Part shown: positions 18,705-28,958 of the stretch, piece after piece
Position numbering within the stretch: position 1 is the first letter of the stretch
Layout of the letters: the number at the start of each line of letters is the position of its first letter
From: Candidatus Asgardarchaeum abyssi
GTDB lineage: Archaea > Asgardarchaeota > Asgardarchaeia > Asgardarchaeales > Asgardarchaeaceae
Length of the DNA: 56,744 nucleotides
Direction: 5' to 3'
Assembly: GCA_040225955.1 (NCBI GenBank)
Contig: JBECUL010000008.1
Coordinates: 1 to 56,744, forward strand
Made by a program: the position numbers and the translations under genes
The notes under the pieces: model-generated
What the model was told of the DNA's origin: nothing
The model's database searches: none
The model's input: the letters and a program-made list of their open reading frames with translations, nothing else

Positions 18705-20078
18705 TTAGCGAATTTGAATATACTTATACGCATCGGTTCTATTTTCAAAGCAATAATGACACTTTTGATAATCCTTTCTGTATTCTGCAACCTCTTTTGC
18801 TATTTTTTTCGGGTCTTCTAGATCCATTACTACTCTTTTAATGAAATTTGCTATATCTTTCATATTATCCTCTTTCATACCAAGTCGAGTTACTTCACTA
18901 GTTCCGAGTCTGATTCCACCAGGATGTTTATAATCTCTTCCTTTTCTGATATCCCAAGGCAGAAGATTTCTATTTACTATTATATTTGCTTCCTCCAATC
19001 TTTTCTCTACAAGCCCACCATCTTTAAGGGGAGTATTAGTAACATCTACTAATAAAACATGCGACTCTGTAAATCCTAAGTGTTCTCCAAGAACATTAAA
19101 TCCTAATTCATATAAGGCCTGTCCTAATGCCTTTGCATTTTTAATAATTTGTTTTGCATATTCTTTACCAAATTCAAGCATTTCAACAAGCGCCACTGCT
19201 AAACCAGCTACATTGTGAAGATGATGATTGCTTAAAAGTCCTGGAAATGCAGCCTTTTTTATTCTTTCAATTCTGCTATTATATTCTTCTTCACTAATTT
19301 TTAGGTCTTCAATCCTTGGCAAGAGAACTATACCATGTTGAGGACCAGGTAGAGTTTTATGAACAGAAGAACTCATAAAGTCGGCTCCTTCTCTGAGAGG
19401 ATCTTGAAACTCACCAGCAGCTATTAGCCCAGAGACGTGAGACCCATCATAGTTAACATACGCATCATATTCATGAGCAATTTCTGCAATTTCTTTTACT
19501 GGATGAGGAAACGGAAAAACACTTGCACCCAACATATAAAGTTTTATATGTTTGCCTTCAGCTTCTAACTCTCTTATCTTTTTCAAAGTAGCGTCTACAT
19601 CTATGTTTAAATTTTCTTCGTCATAAACAAAATTCTGAACCTTTAACCCATGAACAGCACCAGCGGTCCCACCTAATGATCTCCTTGCCATACTTATATG
19701 ACCGCCATCTGGAATACTTAAAGCCATCATTCTATCTCCAGGATCTGTAAAGGCCGTATAGATAATAAGATTCGCAACAACACCACTAATAGGTCTAACA
19801 TCAGCAAATCCTGCTTTGAATAACTTTTTTGCTAAATCTTGACAGATTATTTCAATCTTATCAAGATATTTGCAACCAGCATAGACCCGCTCTTTAGGCC
19901 ATCCCTCAGCGTACCTATTACCAAGATCTGAGATTATAGCTTCTCTTACTGCAGGGCTTGGTATATTTTCACTTGCAATTAAATTTATGGTGCGTTGCAT
20001 CCATGCGTGGTGCTCTTTTAATAGATTAAAGATTTTTTCATAAATCATTCGATTCTCATTACTCAATAATATCACCAC
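18705..20078 (-). CDS. glyA: Serine hydroxymethyltransferase
   Basis: LIASEN, RYAEG, HKTLPGPQ, GIRLGTSE. Confidence 0.97.
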   Translation of the reverse strand: MVILLSNENRMIYEKIFNLLKEHHAWMQRTINLIASENIPSPAVREAIISDLGNRYAEGWPKERVYAGCKYLDKIEIICQDLAKKLFKAGFADVRPISGVVANLIIYTAFTDPGDRMMALSIPDGGHISMARRSLGGTAGAVHGLKVQNFVYDEENLNIDVDATLKKIRELEAEGKHIKLYMLGASVFPFPHPVKEIAEIAHEYDAYVNYDGSHVSGLIAAGEFQDPLREGADFMSSSVHKTLPGPQHGIVLLPRIEDLKISEEEYNSRIERIKKAAFPGLLSNHHLHNVAGLAVALVEMLEFGKEYAKQIIKNAKALGQALYELGFNVLGEHLGFTESHVLLVDVTNTPLKDGGLVEKRLEEANIIVNRNLLPWDIRKGRDYKHPGGIRLGTSEVTRLGMKEDNMKDIANFIKRVVMDLEDPKKIAKEVAEYRKDYQKCHYCFENRTDAYKYIQIR

Positions 20079-20204
20079 CTTTGTAATATTAAAGACAAAA
20101 AAGACTATAAACTATTTTGGAGTTTTTTATATTTATGAGAATTATGAAAAACAGAGAATATAGAAAAAATAAATAATAATTTAGATTGTCACTAGCCGTA
20201 TTAG

Positions 20205-20663
20205 TTATTCCAGACCTAATTCTTCAGCTTCTTTCTTTACATGTTCCACGTATTCCTCAGGAGTAAGAAGTTCATCAAGCTCTGAAGGATCATCCATCTT
20301 GACTTTGATAAACCATCCATTTTCATATGGACTGGATTCAACAATTTCTGGGTCGCTTTCTAAGTCCCAATTAATTTCAGTGATCTCTCCTGAAACTGGA
20401 GAATATACATCTTCAGTTGCTTTAGCAGTATCTATTACAGCAATACTAGCACCTTTTTTAACTTTCATTCCTTCTTCTAGCGGATTTCTAACTTTTGGAT
20501 CCTCGGTTTCAATACTCAATTCTATGTTAGTAATACCGCCAAGCGCATCCACCGCAAAATCTGTAATACCTATTATTGCTATATCACCCTCTACTTTAAC
20601 CCATTCATGAGTTTTGCTATATTTCCTATCTTTTTTAATATCATATTTGCTCATGACATTCAC
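20205..20663 (-). CDS. gcvH: Glycine cleavage system H protein
   Basis: HEWV, GITDFA, lipoyl-Lys TAKAT, SPVSG, PYENGW. Confidence 0.93.
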   Translation of the reverse strand: MNVMSKYDIKKDRKYSKTHEWVKVEGDIAIIGITDFAVDALGGITNIELSIETEDPKVRNPLEEGMKVKKGASIAVIDTAKATEDVYSPVSGEITEINWDLESDPEIVESSPYENGWFIKVKMDDPSELDELLTPEEYVEHVKKEAEELGLE

Positions 20664-21796
20664 CCTTGAGACATTTTTCTTAAAACTTTTAACATTCTAC
20701 GTGGTTTTACAGTTTTTGCTTTCTTATTTCTACCTCTCACATTAATAAATACTTCTATATCGCTTTTTCCGAATTCTATGGGTACGTATCCCATAGCAAT
20801 ACCATTCTTAATAAGTGGACTATAACCACCACTGGTAAGATGTCCAATAACGTTTCCAGATGAGTCCAGTACATCAAAGTCATGCCTTGGAATAGCTTTA
20901 TCAATCATTATAAATCCCATTCTAATTCGAGATACGCCACTCTTTATTTGCTCATCTATAACCTCTTTGCCTATATAATCTTCTTTATCTAAGTCTAATG
21001 CGTATTTTATCGAAGCTTCAATAGGAGTCGTTGTGTCATCTATATCATTTCCATATAATACCAAACCAGCCTCTAATCTGAGAGAGTCTCTTGCTCCAAG
21101 TCCACAAGGTTTTATTCCTAAGTCTTTGCCAATGTTTAGTATATCCTCCCATATTTTAATAACCTTATCAGACCCATCTAGTGGCATATCGTAGAGGCTT
21201 ACTTCAAAGCCATCTTCTCCTGTATATCCTGTACGAGCAATAACAGCCTTATGTCCTAATAATTTACCCTCGGCAAGCATGAATTTCCCCAAGCTTTTTA
21301 CGTCAAAGTCCACAATTTTGGACAATAGTTCTTCTGCTTTAGGCCCTTGTATTGCAAACATAGGCATTTCATCTGATCTATCAGTTAATGTTACATCATA
21401 GTTAGTTGCATGTTTTTTAAGCCAGTTAAAGTCTTTTTCCTTGTTTGAAGCATTAACTACAACTAGAAACCTTTCGGGATTTATTTTATACACTATCAGA
21501 TCGTCCACGATTCCTCCTTTTTCATTTAGCATAACAGAATATAATGCTTGTCCATTAGCAGCTTTTTTTACATCTCTCGTAACAACGTAATTTAGAAAAT
21601 CGGTAGCCTCGGAACCTACAACAAAAAAGCGGCCCATATGCGTAACATCAAATATACCGACACTATTTCTTACAGCCATGTGTTCATCTTCTATCGAAGT
21701 GTACCATACGGGCATATGAAATCCTGCAAATTCTACCATTCTTGCATGTTTAGCATGCCAATCATGAACATGTGTTTTTTTAAGCGTTTTTTCCAT
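20660..21796 (-). CDS. gcvT: Glycine cleavage system T protein
   Basis: FDVTHMG, RTGYTGEDGFE, GLGARDSLRLEAG. Confidence 0.97.
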   Translation of the reverse strand: MEKTLKKTHVHDWHAKHARMVEFAGFHMPVWYTSIEDEHMAVRNSVGIFDVTHMGRFFVVGSEATDFLNYVVTRDVKKAANGQALYSVMLNEKGGIVDDLIVYKINPERFLVVVNASNKEKDFNWLKKHATNYDVTLTDRSDEMPMFAIQGPKAEELLSKIVDFDVKSLGKFMLAEGKLLGHKAVIARTGYTGEDGFEVSLYDMPLDGSDKVIKIWEDILNIGKDLGIKPCGLGARDSLRLEAGLVLYGNDIDDTTTPIEASIKYALDLDKEDYIGKEVIDEQIKSGVSRIRMGFIMIDKAIPRHDFDVLDSSGNVIGHLTSGGYSPLIKNGIAMGYVPIEFGKSDIEVFINVRGRNKKAKTVKPRRMLKVLRKMSQG

Positions 21797-22103
21797 AGAT
21801 TTCGCCTCAAAATAATTATGTTTTAAGAATAAATAAATTGGAAATTATAAAACTTTTACTAGATTTTCTATCTTGATTTTGAGAATTATCTCACAAAAAA
21901 ACTTACTTATAGATATACTTTTTAACGTGGGAATTATTTTTCAGAATATTTATACATACGTAAAGACAGCTCTCTTACATCTCACTAACAGCTTCAATGA
22001 TTAAAAAAATGTTAATATTTTTCAATTTTTGCTATCGATTATTTATCCATAAATATATATTAATTCTCTTTATTTTAAATCACAATCTTATGGAGGTTTT
22101 ATT

Positions 22104-23435
22104 ATGGAATATCCAAAAATAGTTGTCGAACCACCAGGTCCAAAGGCTAAAGAGATTCTTGAGATGGATAAAAAATACATATCGCCCTCATATGTTCGTT
22201 GGTATCCGTTAGTTGCAGATCATGGCAAAGGTGCTATAATCTGGGATGTTGATGGAAATGCATACATAGATCTCAATGCTGGAATAGCTGTGATGAACGT
22301 TGGGCATTCGCATCCTAGGGTTATAGGCGCTATTAAAAAACAATCTGAAAAATTATTACACTATTCAAATACTGATTTTTATTACGAAGAAGCTATAGCT
22401 CTTGCTAAGGAATTATGTAGGGTAACACCGGGTAGCTTTGATAAAAAAGTTTACTTTGGAAATAGTGGTACTGAGGCAAATGAGGCTGCGTTGAAGCTCG
22501 TAAGATGGCATACTAAGAGGCCCAGAATTTTAGCTTTTATAAGAGCATTTCATGGGAGGACATATGGCTCCTTAAGCCTTACAGCTAGTAAGCCCGTTCA
22601 TAGGCGATACTTTTTCCCACTAGTCCCTGGAGTTACGCATATCCCTTATCCATATTGTTATAGATGTCCATTTAAACTAGAGTATCCTTCTTGCAAATTT
22701 TACTGTATAGATTTCATTAGAGAGCATGTTCTTGAAACATATGTCCCACCCGAAGAAGTAGCCGCAATATTCTTTGAACCAATACAAGGAGAAGGGGGCT
22801 ATATTGTTCCACCTCCAGGGTACTTTTCTAAACTTAAAAAATTAGCAGATGAATATGGCATATTACTTGTTGATGATGAAATTCAGGCAGGAATGGGACG
22901 AACTGGAAGATGGTTTGCCATAGAGCATTGGAACATCGAGCCAGATATTATTACGATAGCGAAGGGTATAGCTTCTGGTCTACCTCTTGGAGCTACTGTT
23001 GCACGAGCAGAAATCATGAACTGGGAAGGGGGAACACATGCAAGTACATTTGGTGGAAACCCATTATCCAGTAGAGTGGCCTTAGAGGTTATTAGAATAA
23101 TTGAGGACGAAAAGCTTCTTGATAATGCACAAAAAGTGGGTGATTTCACGATAAAAAGATTGAAAGAGATGCAAGAGAAATATGATATCATTGGTGACGT
23201 TCGTGGGAAGGGTCTTATGATAGGCGTGGAATTTGTTAAAAGTCAAGAATCAAAAGAGCCTGCTAAGAAAGAAGCAAAAGAGATTATGATTAAATCGTGG
23301 AAACGAGGAGTTGCTGTTATACTTGCAGGAATTTCAACTCTAAGGATTGCCCCACCATTAATCATAACAGAAGATTTAATGAACAAGGCATTAGATATAA
23401 TCGAAATGTCAATAAAAGAAGTTAGTAAAAAATAA
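22104..23435 (+). CDS. Class III aminotransferase (GABA/ornithine-type)
   Basis: SGTEANE, FHGRT, EPIQGEGG, DEIQAGMGRTG, AKGIASG. Confidence 0.93.
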   Translation: MEYPKIVVEPPGPKAKEILEMDKKYISPSYVRWYPLVADHGKGAIIWDVDGNAYIDLNAGIAVMNVGHSHPRVIGAIKKQSEKLLHYSNTDFYYEEAIALAKELCRVTPGSFDKKVYFGNSGTEANEAALKLVRWHTKRPRILAFIRAFHGRTYGSLSLTASKPVHRRYFFPLVPGVTHIPYPYCYRCPFKLEYPSCKFYCIDFIREHVLETYVPPEEVAAIFFEPIQGEGGYIVPPPGYFSKLKKLADEYGILLVDDEIQAGMGRTGRWFAIEHWNIEPDIITIAKGIASGLPLGATVARAEIMNWEGGTHASTFGGNPLSSRVALEVIRIIEDEKLLDNAQKVGDFTIKRLKEMQEKYDIIGDVRGKGLMIGVEFVKSQESKEPAKKEAKEIMIKSWKRGVAVILAGISTLRIAPPLIITEDLMNKALDIIEMSIKEVSKK

Positions 23436-23450
23436 CTTTGGTGATTAATT

Positions 23451-25358
23451 TTGACTAAAATTAAGAAGATTGTTAGTACTCCTCCAGGAGAGAAAATAAT
23501 TCTTCTAGGAAATGAGGCTATAGCTAGAGGAGCTATCGAGGCTGGTATAGGAGTCGCGTCTACATATCCAGGAACACCAGCTTCTGAGATCGGAGATACA
23601 TTATATCACCTCTCTTATTTTTACAATTTTCACTTCGAATATGCAGTAAACGAGATAGTTGCCTTAGAAATAGCTGCAGCTGCGGCTATTTCTAATATTA
23701 GATCATTGGTTAGTATGAAACATGTTGGATTAAATGTTGCAGCCGATGCTTTTATGACTTTAGCATATGTTGGAGTTAACGCAGGAATGGTTATAGTTTC
23801 AGCTGACGACCCCTTTGCATATAGTAGTCAAAATGAGCAGGATAATAGACATTATGGAATTTTTGCGGGTATTCCAGTAATAGAACCTTCAAACCCGCAA
23901 GAGGCAAAAGATTTTACAAAAATCGCATTTGAAGTTTCAGAAAAGTTAAAGGAACCTGTCTTACTCAGAACTACTACACGAGTTTCACATATGAGTGCTC
24001 CAGTAACATTAGGTGAAATTATTAAAAGACAAGAAACACCAAAATTTATTAGAGACGTAAAACGTTTCGTTCCTGTTCCGGCGCATGCCAGGGAGTTACA
24101 TAAAAGAGTCTTAGAGAATCTTGAGAAAGCTAAGAAAATTTCAGAAGAGATAGAGATAAACAGATTGATAATAAATGAGAATTCAAAAATTGCGGTAATA
24201 GCCTCTGGTATTGCAATAAACTATGTTTTAGATTCTATGAAAAGACTTAGAGTTGGTATGAATGTCTTGGCCTTAGGTATGACGCATCCTCTTCCAGAGA
24301 ATAAGATAGTGAACTTTCTGACTGATAATAAAGACAAAGAAATACTAATAGTTGAGGAATTAGATCCGATTGTGGAAGATCAGGTCAAAAGGATTGCTTA
24401 TGAACATAAGATTCCAGCAAGAATTCTCGGTAAAAGAGATAAACTGCTTCCAATGTATCACGAGCTTAATCCCGATATCGTAACCTTCGCAATTTCAAAA
24501 ATTCTAAAAATACAACCCCCCATAAACTTAGAAGCGATAGAGAAAATTAGAACAGAAATAATTTCAAAAATTCCTCGAAGACCTCCAGTCATGTGCGCAG
24601 GTTGCCCACACAGAGCAACATATTTTGCGGTTAAAAAAGCACTAGATGGAAGGGATGCCATTTTTACAACGGATATCGGCTGTTATACTCTTGGCATAAT
24701 GCCACCTTATCAAATCGGCGACGTCTTGCTTTGTATGGGGTCTAGTATCGGAATGGCTAACAGCTTCTCTGAGATTTTCAAAAATGAAAAACCCGTCCTC
24801 GCATTTATTGGAGATTCAACATTCTTTCACGCTGGTCTTCCAGCATTGGCTAATGGAGTCCATAACGGACATAAATTCATAGTGACAATAATGGATAATT
24901 CAACTACTGCAATGACTGGCCACCAACCAACATTAAACATAGAATACCAACTAAGAGACAGAAAAACAAAGTCAATAAAAATAGAGGATGTTGTTGCATC
25001 AATGGGAATAAAAAATGTAAAAGTAGTGAATTCATTTGTTGTGAAGAAACTTATTGACGCTTATAAAGAGGCTTTAGAGTATGATGGTATATCGGTCATA
25101 ATCTCAAGAGGAAAATGCATTCTTGTAACATTAAGGGAAATGCGAGAAAAGGGACAGAAAGTTATTCCATTTGAAGTCATACCTGAAAAATGCACAGGTT
25201 GTAGAACCTGCGTTGATGAGTTAAATTGCCCAGCCATATTATGGAAAGATGATAGAGCCCAGATAGACCCATTTCTTTGTAGTGGATGCGGGGTTTGTGC
25301 ACAAATTTGTCCCTATCATGCTATCAGAAGGAGGATGGAGCATGACAACGACACATAA
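23451..25358 (+). CDS. iorA: Indolepyruvate:ferredoxin oxidoreductase alpha
   Basis: GNEAIARG, MKHVGLNVA, SSQNEQD, CAGCPH, GDSTFFH, C-terminal ferredoxin. Confidence 0.96.
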   Translation: MTKIKKIVSTPPGEKIILLGNEAIARGAIEAGIGVASTYPGTPASEIGDTLYHLSYFYNFHFEYAVNEIVALEIAAAAAISNIRSLVSMKHVGLNVAADAFMTLAYVGVNAGMVIVSADDPFAYSSQNEQDNRHYGIFAGIPVIEPSNPQEAKDFTKIAFEVSEKLKEPVLLRTTTRVSHMSAPVTLGEIIKRQETPKFIRDVKRFVPVPAHARELHKRVLENLEKAKKISEEIEINRLIINENSKIAVIASGIAINYVLDSMKRLRVGMNVLALGMTHPLPENKIVNFLTDNKDKEILIVEELDPIVEDQVKRIAYEHKIPARILGKRDKLLPMYHELNPDIVTFAISKILKIQPPINLEAIEKIRTEIISKIPRRPPVMCAGCPHRATYFAVKKALDGRDAIFTTDIGCYTLGIMPPYQIGDVLLCMGSSIGMANSFSEIFKNEKPVLAFIGDSTFFHAGLPALANGVHNGHKFIVTIMDNSTTAMTGHQPTLNIEYQLRDRKTKSIKIEDVVASMGIKNVKVVNSFVVKKLIDAYKEALEYDGISVIISRGKCILVTLREMREKGQKVIPFEVIPEKCTGCRTCVDELNCPAILWKDDRAQIDPFLCSGCGVCAQICPYHAIRRRMEHDNDT

Positions 25359-25962
25359 TATTGATGAGTTAAATATTTCATTTGTGGGTGTTGGTGGAAC
25401 TGGGGTTCTTACAGCGGCCCATCTCTTAGCTGAGGCTACATTATTAGAAAATCTTAATGTTGTTATAGGAGAAATTCATGGAATGGCTCAACGTGGCGGC
25501 TCAGTTTTCTGCGAAGTTAGAATAGGAGAAAATGTTCATGGCCCAATAATTCCCATAGGAAAACTTGACATACTTGTTGGGATAGAACCCTTAGAAACTT
25601 TAAGGTACTCATACAAACTTCATAAAAAAAGTTATGTATTAATTAATACATATACAATTCCACCTCCCTCGGTTTCTATTGGAAAGGAACATTACCCCTC
25701 GCTAGAAGAAATAGAAAATACTTTGAGAAGATTCACTCCACTAATCTATAAAATAAATGCTGCAGAAATAGCTAAAAAAACAGGTTCTTTAGTCACAATG
25801 AACATAGTGATGATTGGTGCAATCGCGGGGCTAAGAATACTCCCAATAGAGGTGAACAGTTTCATAAAGGCAATTAAAACTTACTTTCCAGAAAAATACC
25901 ATGAACAAAATATTAAGGCATTTAAGCTAGGTTATGAAAACATGTCAGAAAATATTACATAA
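25342..25962 (+). CDS. iorB: Indolepyruvate:ferredoxin oxidoreductase beta
   Basis: GVGGTG, EIHGMAQRGGSV; likely start ATG 25342. Confidence 0.94.
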   Translation: MTTTHNIDELNISFVGVGGTGVLTAAHLLAEATLLENLNVVIGEIHGMAQRGGSVFCEVRIGENVHGPIIPIGKLDILVGIEPLETLRYSYKLHKKSYVLINTYTIPPPSVSIGKEHYPSLEEIENTLRRFTPLIYKINAAEIAKKTGSLVTMNIVMIGAIAGLRILPIEVNSFIKAIKTYFPEKYHEQNIKAFKLGYENMSENIT

Positions 25963-25993
25963 TTATTCAAAAATTAGTTTAATAATTGACCAA

Positions 25994-26317
25994 CTAGAAA
26001 CTCTGGCTGAGCTTCTTAAACCTTTGGTAGAGATCTGGAAATTCTTCTTTAAGCTTGGCTTCGATAGCTTCAGCAATAAACCTAGATTTTCCACCAAATC
26101 CCTTATATTTATCTGTCGTAGAAGCTAGAAGGTCCAGCGCTGCTTTTATCCAACCTGGAATACTGGCACTTATCGTTTCTCTACCCTTATATGTTTTCTT
26201 TATAAATTGCCTTCTTTTTGGCCTAGCGATTTCTATAGAGAAATCCCCTATTGTAACTAATGCCTTTTCTTCTTCTGCAGCTTCTGTTTCTTCTGATTTT
26301 TCCTCATCATTCTTCAT
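25994..26317 (-). CDS. Putative ribbon-helix-helix DNA-binding protein
   Basis: TISASIPGWIKAALDLL....KSRFIAEAIEAKL fits beta-helix-helix. Confidence 0.65.
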   Translation of the reverse strand: MKNDEEKSEETEAAEEEKALVTIGDFSIEIARPKRRQFIKKTYKGRETISASIPGWIKAALDLLASTTDKYKGFGGKSRFIAEAIEAKLKEEFPDLYQRFKKLSQSF

Positions 26318-26574
26318 AGCTATACCTCTTATTCTTATCGCGATCTATATAGATAATATGACCCTAGCGGCAACACTATCATTTTCTTAACTATTGCTTT
26401 ATGAAATATTATAAGTTCAATTTTATTAAATTTTTGAAATATATTGTATATTATTAATTTTAATAATTTCAATAAAATATTTATTTTATTCTTTTTAATA
26501 AAAAAAATAAAGTTCATTTATTAAATAATTTCAATAATTTTATTTAATTCATTAATGTCGTTAGGGGCAAATGT

Positions 26575-26617
26575 GTTAGGGGGCATATAGAAAAATTTTT
26601 ATATTTTTCCCCCTAAC
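26575..26617. repeat. 43-bp palindromic site A (GTTAGGGGG-N25-CCCCCTAAC)
   Basis: Read directly; extra half-site GTTAGGGG at 26560. Confidence 0.8.
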
Positions 26618-26638
26618 ACTAAAAATAGAGGTGTAAGG

Positions 26639-26968
26639 ATGGCCGACTTAAGACAATTACTACAAAGATATGAGAAAATTACCAAGAAGCTAAATGAACT
26701 AATGATACAGTACGACAAGCTTTCTTATAAGAAAGGTTGGGTAGAGTATAAGAAAGTCAAGAACAAGATTGGAAAAGTGTATCGCTATTACTATTACAGG
26801 TGGAGAGACAATAATGGAAGAACACATAATGTTTATATAGGCTCCTGGAATGCGGCGGTGTATATAATTAATGAACTTAAGAAGGCTAGGAATTTAAGAA
26901 AACAAATAAAGATGCTAAAGAATGAATTGGCTGAAATAAGAAAATTGGCAAAGACCTTATTTTCATAA
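26639..26968 (+). CDS. Small basic coiled-coil/beta-hairpin protein, probable nucleic-acid binder
   Basis: GWVEYKKVK..GKVYRYYYYRWR..GRTHNVYIG between two coiled helices; GAGGTG RBS. Confidence 0.7.
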   Translation: MADLRQLLQRYEKITKKLNELMIQYDKLSYKKGWVEYKKVKNKIGKVYRYYYYRWRDNNGRTHNVYIGSWNAAVYIINELKKARNLRKQIKMLKNELAEIRKLAKTLFS

Positions 26969-26977
26969 AACATATAA

Positions 26978-27565
26978 CTACTGGATTAAGTATGTTAATA
27001 TGTCAATTTTAGTTAAAATTCCAACTACGCGTCCTTTCTCTGTTACTAGAACAGCATCATTACCACCTAAAAACAGGGAATACACCTCACTGAGTTTCGA
27101 ATCTATTCCTACAATAGGAAAACTCTCTTCCATAACCTTCTCAACGTCCATAGTTAAGAGATCCTTTCCATATAAGGAAAGTGCCATCATTAGGTTTCTT
27201 TCAGTGATAGAACCAACTGGCTTTAATGTATCATCTAAAACAGGTAATTGGGAAATATCAAATTTCTTCATGAGATGTATAGCTTTTTCTACCTTATCCT
27301 TAGGTTTGACAAATACAAGCTTGGGCAACTCGAATTCCTTATTTTTCATCTTTAAAATTTCGGAAATTGCGTGCTCTGCCATGGCTGTAGAAGTCAAAAC
27401 ACCAATAATTTTCTTTAATGTTGAAAGCCTTGGATCCACACTACCTGACTCTATCCTTGCAATCAGTGATTGACTAACTCCGGCCATTTTGGCGAGTTCA
27501 GCTTGTGTCAACCCAGCTTTAAGTCTCATCTTTTTAATATCCTTTGGCGTTGGTAGATACATCAT
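26978..27565 (-). CDS. XRE-HTH plus CBS domain regulator
   Basis: GLTQAELAKMAGVSQSLIARIE..DPRLSTL; ISQLPV; GILTKIDI. Confidence 0.92.
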   Translation of the reverse strand: MMYLPTPKDIKKMRLKAGLTQAELAKMAGVSQSLIARIESGSVDPRLSTLKKIIGVLTSTAMAEHAISEILKMKNKEFELPKLVFVKPKDKVEKAIHLMKKFDISQLPVLDDTLKPVGSITERNLMMALSLYGKDLLTMDVEKVMEESFPIVGIDSKLSEVYSLFLGGNDAVLVTEKGRVVGILTKIDILTYLIQ

Positions 27566-27668
27566 CTCACATCACATATAAAGAGGAAGATACTATATTA
27601 AAATTTTAATACAACAATTACTCATTGAACCAAGCTCCGTAAGAAAAACAGAGATAGAGACAAAAAGA

Positions 27669-27711
27669 GTTAGGGGGAAATATAGAAAAGATAAAATAAA
27701 TGCCCCCTAAC
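27669..27711. repeat. 43-bp palindromic site B, inverted relative to site A
   Basis: GTTAGGGGGAAA...ATGCCCCCTAAC; same length as A. Confidence 0.8.
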
Positions 27712-27812
27712 CCCTTTTCTAAGAATAGTACGTGGATTTTTAACATAATTACTTTGTGAGAGATAGTAGACTCTAGCTCAATACCAGGAAAGAATAAGAT
27801 CGCGTGTTAATA

Positions 27813-28076
27813 TCAGCTCGTAACTCTATAGAAAACCTTTGGCCGGCCACGCTTTTTCTTTGAAATACTATATTTTTCGATAATTCCGCTTAGCATCATC
27901 TTCACAAGATGATCATACACGGTGGTTCGAGGTACATTTAAGTGTTTAACAATCTCATCTCTGGTCATTGGACCATTTTCTTGTAGTAATGTAATTATCT
28001 TTCTATCAAGATCATTAAGCCTGCTCAAAATCCGGACTAAATCATTTCTTGTTAATAACCTGAGATTTTTTTGCAT
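27813..28076 (-). CDS. Winged-helix protein (TrmB/ArsR-like)
   Basis: GPMTRDEI..LNVPRTTVYDHL..RGRPKVFY. Confidence 0.85.
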   Translation of the reverse strand: MQKNLRLLTRNDLVRILSRLNDLDRKIITLLQENGPMTRDEIVKHLNVPRTTVYDHLVKMMLSGIIEKYSISKKKRGRPKVFYRVTS

Positions 28077-28157
28077 TCAGTTAACCACCTTTTTGTCGGA
28101 TTTTCATTTTCCTAAAGATAATAATGTCATTATATTTATTAAATTTATTGATGATAC

Positions 28158-28364
28158 ACCCCATTATTTCCAGTGGAAAAAACAAATCTCTTTTTTTCTT
28201 AGAAAAATTATAATCAAAATTTACTATTAGTAAAAAATAATTTACAAAATAGATTATTTACTAGTTTTCAGAATAACCAGTTAGGGGAGAGTATACTTAT
28301 CGTATTCATACTAATTTCTAAAATGTGGACATAATAACTGATTTTCCACTGGAAATAATGGGGT
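28158..28364. other. oriC: Replication origin oriC: inverted ORB pair flanking an AT-rich DUE
   Basis: ACCCCATTATTTCCAGTGGAAAA (28158-28180) is the exact reverse complement of TTTTCCACTGGAAATAATGGGGT (28342-28364); ORB core plus G-string; cdc6 nearby. Confidence 0.85.
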
Positions 28365-28411
28365 ATACCCTATCAGCTAAGAGAAAGAAAACTTATATGA
28401 TTCTTATATGA

Positions 28412-28942
28412 TTGTTTACAAATATGTATACTAGGGGACAAGAAATGCTTAGTAAAGATATCCTCGAGGAAACAGTACAAGATGTACATAAAATTTTACA
28501 TGATCCCATTGTCACGCGGTTGTTAAAAAGATCAAATCTTACAAAAGTTCAGCTTGAAACGTTGTTGATACATTTTCTATTAGAAACAAAATATCCTGGA
28601 GCGTTTAATTATAATGCAAAGGGCCAAGCATGTTCTAAAAAGCTTTCTAGGGGCGCTTTCTATAGAAGTCTTACTCAAGCAATGCAAAACATTATTGAAT
28701 CAATATATACAGTAATTCTTTTAGGATATATAGGCATCTTCGAAAGTCCTGAACTTCAACCACTGATAGATCTATCTGAATCTATAAAAACGTATGTTAC
28801 TGAGATAAATGAGAAATACAATCTGGAAAAAGAGGAAAAGAGGATTGAAATAGAATTTCTTGTTAAGAGAATCATTAGAACTATAGAAAGTATTTCAAGC
28901 AAAATCTTAATAAAACGAAAATTAAGGGTACCAAAAAAGTGA
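28412..28942 (+). CDS. Hypothetical protein, origin-linked, HTH-like
   Basis: SNLTKVQLETL, SRGAFYRSL.QA..NII.SIYT.ILLGYIG. Confidence 0.75.
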   Translation: MFTNMYTRGQEMLSKDILEETVQDVHKILHDPIVTRLLKRSNLTKVQLETLLIHFLLETKYPGAFNYNAKGQACSKKLSRGAFYRSLTQAMQNIIESIYTVILLGYIGIFESPELQPLIDLSESIKTYVTEINEKYNLEKEEKRIEIEFLVKRIIRTIESISSKILIKRKLRVPKK

Positions 28943-28958
28943 ATTTTAAAAATCAGAT

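Noticed and set aside
26560-28287. TTAGGG as a telomere-like repeat
   Set aside because: Copies are isolated and inverted, not tandem; treated as protein-binding boxes instead
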